Shown here piece after piece: positions 53,605-64,000 of a stretch of 64,000 nt of DNA. The notes under the pieces are model-generated. The model was not told the DNA's origin. It did no database searches and saw only the letters and a program-made list of their open reading frames with translations. A program made the translations under genes and the position numbers. The stretch is from assembly GCA_002633005.1 (NCBI GenBank), contig NMRA01000600.1:172695-236694 (forward strand). The letters run 5' to 3'. Numbering within the stretch: the stretch's first letter is position 1; every line of letters starts with the position of its first letter. The DNA comes from Phoronis australis (taxonomy: Eukaryota; Animalia; Phoronida).

Positions 53605-54674
53605 ATGCCACACTGTTGCTGCGTACCAGGATGTACTAATTATCGGCTCACGCGCGCTTTGGGAGTACCTTTGCATCGCTTTCCGATGGATGACAAACTT
53701 CGCCGTACTTGGCTCGTTCGTGTGAAGAACGCAGCGTTACCCGTCCACGTAACGTACAAAGCAGTGGAGAACCGTGTGTGTGGCAAGCACTTTCTGCCGT
53801 CCGATTACGAAAGGTATTTGTACGCTGAACTGATGAAGGTCCCTGCGAAACAACGTCTGAAGAAGGATGCCATTCCGTCTGTGTTGATTCCCGGCAGTGC
53901 CCCGTCGCCACCCCCGAGAAGTGCGTTTTTGAAGCGAGAAGCCTCGCGAGCTGTGGCCAGTACAGTGACTGGAGCCAGTGGAGGCACTTCATCTACTGTC
54001 ACCCGTGCCTCCGAACGTACCCCAGAGCGTGCAATTCCTGGAACCAGTAGTGATTCGCCCTGTGCTGTTTTCTCCAGCCCAGAGCCTCTAAGCAGCCCTG
54101 CAGCGATATTGAGTAGTGGGAGTGATTACAGGCCCAGTTCGACACCCAGTGAAGAGGACAGTTCGTCGTCCAGTGAACAGATCGGTGAGCCAAACTTTGA
54201 TAAGTTTATTGTGGACTTGTCTAAAGTGTTGGAGCTATTTAGAAGGTGCCAGGTGTGTGGCGAGGGAGTCACACGACACAATGTAAGCAGTTTGGGTGCT
54301 CAGGTCACCATCCAGTGGGAGTGTGTCACGGGACACTCTGGCAAGTGGGACAGTTGTTCCTCTGTCCGTGGTATGCCGGAGGTCCACTTAACCATGTCCA
54401 GTGGTGTGCTCTTCACTGGAAACACGTTTCAGTCGGTGAAGACAATGATGGACTTTGGAAAAGTCAAGTTTTTTTTTCGAAAACAACATTCAACAACATT
54501 CAGAATTCCTATTTAATACCAGTTGTCAATGACGCATACATGTCACAACATCTCGAGTTGGTGGCGGAATTCATGGAGAAGGAGAACTTGTCTGACTCAC
54601 CAGGGCGGTCCGCCAAGTATACGACATACACTCTAATGGAGGAAGAGACCAAAAAGATAATTGATGTGGAACTC
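53605..54674 (+). pseudogene. Kolobok transposase 5' half (intact THAP domain, CxxC...CxxGH finger, start of catalytic domain)
   Basis: MPHCCCVPGC...HRFP...W...VCGKHF...DAIPS; CQVC...CVTGH; frameshift at the T-run near 54470; DSPGRSAKYTTYTLM; truncated at IIDVEL. Confidence 0.88.
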
Positions 54675-54944
54675 GGAACAGCACAAGCATTCAATTGAGG
54701 TAGGCATAACAACGCACACAGTGCATTTGCACCAAGATGTGTCACCACGTCTGTCTTCAGTAGCCGCCTCGTTTCTCTCAACAGCTGCCTGTGCCTGTGT
54801 GTACTCTGCCTCGTTGTACTCGGGCTCAAACATGTACCCACCCACTGAATGTCCGTGAAAAAATTCCTCGTCACCACTGCTGTGAACAAGGTCTCCGTCA
54901 CTCACACTACTGTCACTGTGATACGGGTCACCGACTCCAGCCAT
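54672..54944 (-). pseudogene. KolX (P2X7 C-terminal ballast / Nanor-like Zn-binding protein), N-terminal part
   Basis: GYMFEPEY...WCKCTVCVVMPTSIECLCCSE matches the WCxCxxCxxM....ExxCCxE signature; faces the transposase. Confidence 0.82.
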
Positions 54945-57740
54945 TTTCAGCTTACAACACACTAAACAATCCCTAAATCCAACGCAGTTGAGTTCTCTAC
55001 TAACCTATCTTGCCGCAGAATACTCGCCGATGGAAAGTGGTGGCGACAATTGTTGAAAACAGCACAATACAAATAGAACAGATTTGCACGGTAAAGTCAA
55101 CGCAAAACCAAGTGGCGGGAAACGCTTGCCTCCTAAAACGTCACTTCCGGAGTAGCAGACGAGTAATTTATAAAATTACGAAAAGCTGTAATTAAGTGGA
55201 AAATATGTCGAGGATAACCAACCAACCTTATTTTAGCTCAAAATGACATGGAAAAAGGTTGCCTTCGCCTTAAACGAAACAGATTAGTGCTAACACGCTC
55301 ATCCATGCACGGTCGGCGTCTGCCCTGTTGTCACTCTTATCCACAGCTTGGCACTTCTCGCATACTTTGAAAAAAAATCCGCTATCGCAAACTATGTAGG
55401 CCTACTCAAACATCACTGGAAGTTCGACTGAACCACGTGGGATTGTCTACTTCGGAAAATGACGACTGTATACCTACGTTTAAAAACAAGTTCCCAATTG
55501 CTATTCGTTTTGACAAAATATTTCTCCTTATTGTGTAATATGTTATATACTGAAACTTGCGTTTTATTAAAACAAATTTATTGTGGTACATTTTGGCCTT
55601 TTGGTAGGAAATTATAAGTTGCCTCATGGCGACGAATCACGGTATACCCTTTGTAAATTCTGCTAGTACACAAGGTGGTAAATTTTTATATTAATAAAAA
55701 CTTTATTTTCTGGCCTAGAAAGAAAATTCAAAGTTCTAAAATGCTTAGTTTTTCGCGAGGAATTCGGTTAGGCAGGTAGATTTTTGAAATAAACTTTACT
55801 TTTTTTGCCAATAGTTGACAGGCACGTAGTGTATGGCATAATGAGGTGATTACGTACGTGACCAAGCAGCCCAAACAGCTGGACTGAATTCAGTGGGCTA
55901 TTGTGTTCGCATTAGCAAACTCCAACCGTCGGACGAAGGCCGTCCGACGGTCAATGTTCAGCTGGGAAGGGTCCGCCATGCGCCCGTTTTGGCCCGGTAC
56001 TGGGCCGGTGTTGCTTTTGGTACAGGGCCAGTACATTTGCCAGTGTGCACGGCGTTATTGTGCCAGTACTGGCCATCAATACTGTGACAATATCATGGAC
56101 GGTAATTGGACACTATTGGTCCACTACTAGTCCACTACTGGTCCACTACTGTAATTTCAGCAACGCACCTAACGAACTCAGTATTCCTCATGCACACGGT
56201 TCATCGATCGGTTGTCAAACAAAACTCAGGTATCTCCAATAGTAACACTGATGACGTCAATGAGTTTTTTGTTACAAATAGCAGCATGGAAAAAAAACAG
56301 GTCAGTCGCCCAAGGTAGGCACAGAATCAAAGGCAGTTTGACAGAAGACTGCTGCAAAAAGGCAATTGGCGGATCTAACAGTCACCTCCTCACCGAAGCT
56401 GGAAAGAATGAGGTAGGAATCATTTCATTATATCATAGTGACTCTACATTTGTATGTCGCATATTTGACTTTGAATACCTACGGTACAACGCCGTTAAGC
56501 TGTAAGTTTCTACATGTATTTTCGTGAGCAGCATGAATATCGAAACCATCAGCGTCTTATGAGGAAAACGCTTCAGAGATTGGCAATGGCTAATCCTAAA
56601 ACTGCGAATTCGAAAATGATACATGTAAGATCGTATGTGACTTGAGCTGGAAATGGAAGTAGAATCATTTAATAAAGAATTTTAAGAGATCGGTTCGATA
56701 AGACAAAAATATGTCTGATTCATGTCTTTGTCCTAGACATGGGGAAAGCTGCCTTAAAAATTACAGTATGGATATCTTGAGATCCAGCACACTTCGTACA
56801 CCATTACAATTTTTTGCACGTCACTGTGTATTTTTAAAAACGAACACGTAATTCAGTGCTGTTATGTTATGTAATTCTTATAAAATCTAAAATAATCATG
56901 TTTCAATTTCATGATACGAGTGCAACATTAGGGACACCGAGGTTTATATACATTTGTGTATACAGAAACCATTAGGTGTACCGCTATCATTTTTCGTTCT
57001 TTAACACTTTATTTTCTACATTAAAAAAGCAAATTAAGTCAAACGTGGGCTTTACTTATATTCATAACAAACCTGGCATTTGGAAATCCAAAGGATGAAC
57101 AGGAAACATTAAGGAGGCCACGGTTCAGCAAGGCACAAGTGCAAATGTATGATAGCCACGGCTGCAAAACTTGAATACAGAGAAAAATATGGCAAAAATC
57201 ACACTGTACAGTGCTACTTTGTTTAGGTCAAAAGGACTACCATAGCCACCAGCAACATAATGTAAGCTTAGAAATAGGCAGCACCTTTGACAGGATCCGG
57301 TTACACAATACATACTGTTCTCTGTAACAATCAAACCTTCCTCTAAAATCAACTTTTTAAGTCTGCAAGACAATATATAGGGGCTGAGTTATCATTTCAC
57401 TCAAACACCTCAAGGCGGAACACATATTTAACATGCATCTTATTATCAATAGCGCATGTGAAAGGCCAGTCCAACATAGGAAAATGTAAACAGACTCGAA
57501 TATGTGTACACATTAGACACAATGGTACAACAAACACCATTTAACTGCTCAGCGATCCAGAAATGTGTGATTATAATACATTCAGGTGAATGTAATCTAT
57601 GTCAAAAACAAAACCATTATATTCCTCATATACATGCAATGTGATGATTCTTTTTCTACTTCTCGGATATTGTCAATAAAAAACAGCAGAAGTGATTTTC
57701 ACCCAATTATTACCATGCATGCCTTTGTTTTTAAGAATAC

Positions 57741-58286
57741 CAACACATTTCAGTCGGTAAAATCAATGATGGACTTTGGAAAACAACATTCAAAATTCAT
57801 ATTTCATAGCAGTTGTCAATGACTCGTACAACTCACAACATAGAGAAGGGGGACTTGTCACTGTTGGACAGATCAAACTCGCCAGGGAGTTCCGCCAAAT
57901 ACAGCACATGCGCGCTAATGGAGCAGGAATCTAAAACGATTGTTGACATCGAACTCATGTCATCTTCAGGTTACTACAAACTAAACTATCCCTAAATCCA
58001 AAGTAATTGACTTCTCTAACAACCGAGCTTGTCGTAAGGTACTCATCGATATGAAGTAGTGACAACAATTTTAGGAAAACAGCACGAAAACAACAAATCC
58101 TCACAGTAAACTCAACGCAGAACCAAACAGGTGAGAAATTTTTGCCTCCTGAAACGTCATTTCCGGAGTACAGGGTGAGTAACTAATTAAATTGCGAAAA
58201 GCTGTAATTAAGTGAAAAATATGTCTGGGATTAATCAACCAACCTTATTTTTGCTAAACATGCCATGAAAAAGGTTGCTTTTGCCT
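57741..58286 (+). mobile_element. Second, more diverged Kolobok copy (right half)
   Basis: Aligns with 54421-54674 and 54940-55270; ends ...GCCT|TTAA. Confidence 0.85.
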
Positions 58287-59349
58287 TTAAAGTTTATTTT
58301 GAACAGTAGCACCTGTAAATTTGGATCCTACATCACAATGTATAAGAGCATCGCTCCGAGCCCCCTAGTGCCATAAATTGTCAAATGTAAGTAAATGTTG
58401 GGCATACTCATGGTTTGCTCTTGTCTTCGTCAATGCGAGAATCACCTTTTAATTCAAACAGCTGCAATTAACATCTGCACACAATGGTATTCTATTCAGA
58501 CCCCTGTTCAATACAACTATTATCAGCATTTTTTGTTTGAGCAGGGAACTCATGGTGACAAAATAGGGTGGAAAAAGGCGAGTTCAGCTATAATTTTACG
58601 GGCCTGCATTTCCGTGATTTAACTGTCATTTTTTTATTTTGTTAAGGCTTTGCTAGGACTACCAGGTTAGCCCAATACATCTAAAATACCAAAATTCTGT
58701 TGAAGTTAGGCTTTAGCAAATTGTGTTGCTTATTACACTATGACTTACGTTTCAACGACTGTACATACAAGTAAATTTAAAACAACTTTTGCAAACCTGC
58801 ACTCAGGCTTTCTCATGCCCTTTTTCTTTCGTTGGAAACATTCATTTTCAATCTCTTATACTGCTTTTTCACATTCAGGTTCTGAATGAACTCCAACTTT
58901 TGCTGTCAGATGTTTGCCTGCAAAACACATTAAATGTTAAAATACTTCATACAAAAGGGACAGGGGATCTGAAAGCTATTAATATGCATTTCATTCAACT
59001 GACTGGCTTTACAAAATACAGTCTATCAAACTTTCCGAATCAAGATAACAATTACTGCACTCTCTACCTCATAAAAGACTTTAATCTAACACCCCAGTTT
59101 GTTGACTATCTTTACAATGGGCCTGGGGTAAAAGAAGCAGTTGCCTGGGTCACACTAACCTATATTTGAAGGCGCGTTATACAATGAATGTACAATGGAT
59201 ATTCAATGTTTGCGCTCACTAGGCAAGCCTCTTTAGTTCGATGACTCCGAACTACTCTACCGTGTGAAAAAAGCAATTTACAGGTTGTGATATACAAGAT
59301 ACAGTGAAGTGCCCATTATTCCGTCCACGTGCGGAATATCTTGTGGGAT

Positions 59350-60675
59350 ATATACACAAAACGTAGCGAGAGTGGCGTTTATGAAGTAATATCCCAAGAG
59401 ATGTTATTCCGCGTATCGACCACTAACTTCATTGCGCGCTGTAATCAAACGATCAATCAACAATTTTTTTAAAATTTGGTAGTCATTTCAAACCTCGTTT
59501 CCAACCAGCACACTTTTCAACCAATATTATTTTGAAAGCCAGAATGTTTGAGCATTTTCACAGCATCCAGCTTTCACTGTAATAAAACAAAGAAGTCAAG
59601 TTTTACCTCATCTAGTCGCCAAAACGAAATGCTGCACATTTTTATCAAACGCAAGAGCTATTCAACTTGATACGAAATCTCTGTTCAATGCAAATAGAGA
59701 TCGTGAGTGGCAAGACTGTTATCATTAGCTGCTTTGTATGCCCTGCGAGAAATTTTATTACCCAAAGGCATGAAATTCCGAGTTCGTTCACGCTGTCTCA
59801 AAAATCGGTATGGTATAGTTTTGGGAATTATCAACACCAAAATTGGTTATCTGTTGAAAAAATACAGCTTTTATCTTACTTTGTCCCTATATGAAAGCTT
59901 ATAAAGTCTTTCTTTACCTGTACTTACAATCAAGATGGATTGAGTTACCCTGAAGGGCCAACGTGACACATGCCTGATCTTGAGACAATGTGTAATGTTA
60001 TTTATCCCACGCGGGTTGAATCTGTCTAGGGAAATACGGCCATGAAATGATTTTTCCGTATTCACCTCCTGCACTACTTCAACAGCGACCTCTGACATGG
60101 AAAGTTCAAAAGGTAGGTCAATATCCACTCGACGTCTTCAGCCGCTTCGATCATCAAAACTTTCCGAATATAGTTTAAAGTAATACAGTTGCAACAGTGT
60201 AACTAACACTTGACATGCAACCAGGCCCTAAACGCAAAATCTGGAACAAAACTGTTAATTATAACACACTTATGTCTCAGTTTTCAATTGCTGAATACTA
60301 TATCGTCTGCAACTCAAGCGCCGAGTCCTAGGAAATTAAAATGTCAAATATTGTTGTTTTTTAACTATTTTCAGGAGATGTTACAAGTTCACTGCAAAGT
60401 TGCCGCTGTTTTCATCTTTGCTACCTCTTTTCATGAAATAAATCGTTACTTTTAAAATTGTTACTTTTACAAGAGAAAACTTGCAACCTAGCGCGAAAGT
60501 ACATTCATGTAGGATGTGATCCGTCATGTGAACAGTCTTGGTGAAGTATTTGAAAAATCTTCCGAAAAAATGTAAGAAACATACGGGTTCGAAGCGCATG
60601 AGATAATTACCTTATTCCGCGTGTCTCGTGGGATTTTACTTCATGTACGTCACTCAAGGTACGTTTTGTGTATTT
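59350..60675. mobile_element. Non-autonomous element with imperfect inverted ends of about 55 bp; possibly Crypton-related
   Basis: ATACACAAAACGTA...ATGAAGTAA.ATCCCA.GAGA inverted at both ends; related fragment at 44895-44975; weak coding remnants inside. Confidence 0.4.
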
Positions 60676-61899
60676 ATGGCTTAACTAAGAAATTTAGCCA
60701 ATGGGCAAGTGGATTCAATGTCAGTGTTCTTAGTTCAAACTCCATGTATATTGACAGGGAACGTGTTCATTGACCACCATTCATCAAACTATTAAACTCT
60801 CTGTGTTAAAAATCTTTAATAACAATGCTCATCTGGGATATATATTATTAATCCCAAATTAGGCTTTCCTAACAATAATGGGACACTTGATTTTAAACTA
60901 AACATAAAGATTAACGTAAGATTCAATATAAAACCTGAAATATTTCACAGAGAGATTGTGCCATTGGGAAATCAAAACTATTAAAATCAGTGTACGTTTC
61001 CTTGTAATATTTTTACAACATCAAATGGTGGCATAATAGATTGCCTTGATTTTTAGTTTCAGAAAATATATACCAACCCAAGATGGGTTGATAGGATCTT
61101 GAAAATATTTTAAGATGAAGTAGACATTTAATGAGGGTTACACGTAACCTCAATGCATCCAAATGTGTCTTGAAGATCCCAAATAATGTCATGTTGCCTT
61201 ACCTGTGTTCCCTAAGGAAGGTGATGAAATAACAATTTTAGTTCGTGTATAAACTAGTAGAAACACTTACCTGTGATACAATAAATCTGGTCAGCATAGC
61301 CAATAAATCCAACTGTCGACCAAAGAAGACTACAACATTAATTCACCAATCTCAAGAATACTGTTTAGGGTTTTCCTTTTAAACACTTAGTTTTGCCTAT
61401 TATAAGATAAACAAATACAGCAGCTATTATTTACAAAAATAGCTTACGTTTTGCAAGATAATTTGTCATGATAGAAATAAAATTCCATGAGTAATTGAAA
61501 ATTCCTGATGTCATATTTTGTGATAAAATTGTGAAGTTTTCATTTAAAAAGTATTTCTTACAATCATCCAAAAGCATTGTTTTGGTATGGGTGTACCTTT
61601 CTTAAAACTGAAATTTTGACTAAAAAGTGGAAACATAATAATGAGTATAAAACATACTTTTACACACATGGATGTTTTTACCGAAAATATGTACTTTTGC
61701 TAGTTGGCAATGCCTAGTTTTATGATGCATGACACAAAATGGAGGTCACTAAATAAGGTTTGAGAAACCTAAAAACACACGCAATGCCGAGTATTGAAAT
61801 GCACCCACGACAGCATTGTGAATGGTGTGCTTCAAGGGTTGTTCTTAGTTTAAGAAATATGGCCATTGGATGTGTTGAACCATTATGAAATTGAAAAGG

Positions 61900-62520
61900 T
61901 GCCATAGTATCTCTAATACAAATCGATATGCCAAATTTCTAGTAATTGCCAGGATACAGAGGCAAGTACAAAAACTGAAATTGCTACCAGGGGGAGCACA
62001 GTCATAGTCAGATCCATCCAAAAAGTTGCGAGCAATCATTATCAGGTTTAGAAGCGAACGCCTTCAAAAGTTTAAAGATCCTTTAAAATAATCAGTAGCT
62101 ATGTGTGTAGCTGCAAAACATGCAAAATCACTACCAGGGGGCACCACAGCTAGTACACCGTCCAAAAATCACCGTCAACCATGGTCTTCTCATTGGGAAC
62201 ACTTCTGTCAATTTTCATCATGATCCTTTGAATGGTTTGGTTGATAAAAGGCGGACGTCAAAGAAGTAGTCAAAAAAAATTTTAGTGGCAACCAGGTAGC
62301 TCAGCATATGACATCGGTCTCAAAATGGAAAGGCATTGTCGTCTCCATAAGAGAAATATATTTGTTAAATTTTATGAAAATTCATTTCGAAACTCCAGAG
62401 ATACAGAGGCAAAAGTAAAATTATAAAATTGCCAGTTTGAGGACTGTGATTGTCAGATTTAGCTGAAACTTATCATCGCCTGTCGTCAGCTGTATATGAA
62501 CACATTTATAAATCTTATTA
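61900..62520 (+). repeat. Degenerate satellite-like array with units of about 145 bp
   Basis: Recurring CTACCAGGGGG..CACAG, TCCAAAAA and GATACAGAGGCAA anchors. Confidence 0.5.
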
Positions 62521-64000
62521 AGATGTTGCAAGGCATTTATGAGATACTGCCGCAGATGGCGGAAGAAACCCATGGAGAAGCGCCAACATAAATATCCATG
62601 TGCTTAAAATCACTTTTTGGGCTATTCGGCCCAAAATTATCATGGCATTCAGCATCTGATAATTGTATTGCATCCCTGTTGTTTCAATTGACGTATACTT
62701 ACCATTTTCACTAACTCTGAAAGAAAAAGGTCCGAGTCTACAAAAAATAAATACATTGAAATCTATACAATAATGGTGATGCTGAAATGTCACAATATAC
62801 ATTTCTATACAGAGTGAATGCCATTCGCCTAGGTTTCCATGCCGAGTAAATACTTTCATTACAACATTTTTGGAGTGTGAAACCAAACAGTGAAAGTCAA
62901 TAATTATATAATATTTTGAAAATTAACTGATTTCAGCATCAATTTTTATTCAAAAATGGGCGCCGCAGTGGTGAAATCTGACCCATGTAACATGGTTTCT
63001 AACTCAAGTTCTGCATGCCTAATGCTATTTCCGTGGAAACTCCGCCCACTTTCTAAACAAACTGATGCCCTCGCCTTTATCGCGTCCCCGAAGGTGATAA
63101 GGGAAATAGACGGTGTAATTAACTAAAGCGCCAATGACCGGAAATGCTTAAATTCAGCTAAATACAAAGCATGCTACGCCCAGACAAATAAAAGTATAGA
63201 CAATCTCACTGACCCAAAGTTCCACTGTAGTTCTTGTTAAGTGCTACAGAAATGACATACTACAAGGAAAGCAAAGAGTGGCCCGTAGAAAGATCATGTT
63301 ATCTTGATGTCCACCCTGGAATGACAAGGCTTGAACTAACAAATAAAATCTACCGGTATTTTACATATACTTAAATAATTTAGGATGACTCTTATGATCA
63401 CAGTATCTATATTGAGGACAACCATAGAAGCCACGACAAATGTCGATTGTGATGAATATCACGATGACTAAAGTGATTTTAAGCTTTCAACAGCAATGCA
63501 TGTACTAAGTTGAAACTGAATGAAAAATCGTGATGATGGTGATGGTGAATAATGAGGACAAAAATGCAGTACATGGTAAACAGAAAAACTTGTAGCGAGA
63601 AAACAGTTAATAAAAGAGCAGCCATCAGAAAATATCCAATAAATGGAGAAACGAATGATACATACCCAGTTTCAAAAATGGTGTGAAGAGTAACATCAAA
63701 ATGGCTGCAACCATGCATCCGATATGATGATCAGACAAAGAACTCGAAGACAAAGCAAATAACAAACTTAGTGGAAAAACTACTGTCAATATTACTAGCG
63801 TACTGTCAGTTGTACAATAATTTATGACTTAGTGCCCATTTCACAGTATGCAATCTTTAAGATGTAGTCAATGGGCATAGCATCAATTCCTTTCACTACA
63901 ATACAGGTAACGCAATTTCTAAGATATTGAATTGTCCTTCAAATAGTTGACATGCTGAAGATCAAGCACAACGAGGAGTTGAGCGGAGACACCTGCTGTT

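Larger units (their letters stand above)
53340..55270 (+). mobile_element. Internally deleted Kolobok DNA transposon
   Basis: TIRs of about 155 bp with AGG...CCT termini; TTAA on the left and TAAA on the right; convergent THAP-transposase and KolX. Confidence 0.92.
53229..55371 (-). pseudogene. Tudor/chromo-barrel-like exon (55371-55275 plus 53339-53229) interrupted by the Kolobok element
   Basis: Removing the element and one TSD copy gives the open frame FKVCEKCQAVDKSD...CFVKFPDWPGHGNLKETWTRLSSEIR, ending at a G|GTAAGT donor. Confidence 0.4.

Noticed and set aside
54633-54962. Host P2X7 receptor gene fragment
   Set aside because: There is no P2X channel domain, and it lies inside Kolobok TIRs facing the transposase, as expected for KolX.
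49430-56150. CCAGTACTGG-rich tracts at 49430-49740 and 55980-56150 as paired ends of one large element
   Set aside because: They share a short motif, but I could not define aligned termini or a TSD.
533-63718. Most remaining 60-150-aa ORFs in the supplied track
   Set aside because: Many use non-ATG starts, overlap repeats or lie antisense to real exons, and show no recognisable motifs.

Overview
This is AT-rich, intron-containing eukaryotic DNA, most consistent with a marine invertebrate (inferred from the transposon repertoire and TTAGGG-like repeats). I found one well-supported host gene: a 3-coding-exon, 397-aa predicted type II membrane protein with a GT-A-like GRN...FIDED signature (3339-16579, +). 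The rest is largely decayed and nested DNA transposons. These include a nearly intact but internally deleted Kolobok element with convergent THAP-transposase and KolX (P2X7-ballast-like) genes plus a second degenerate copy, two ISL2EU-like elements, a decayed Academ element and two Academ fragments, a THAP gene split by nested insertions, and many MITEs or fold-backs. Three single-N joins (11520, 13253, 40478) place near-identical copies side by side, probably two haplotypes. Comparing them shows a polymorphic MITE, a 3.2-kb presence/absence block and Tc1/mariner-type excision footprints. I saw no CRISPR array, rRNA or convincing functional tRNA, and no clearly new biological system is demonstrated. 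All family calls come from reading motifs by eye, not database searches.
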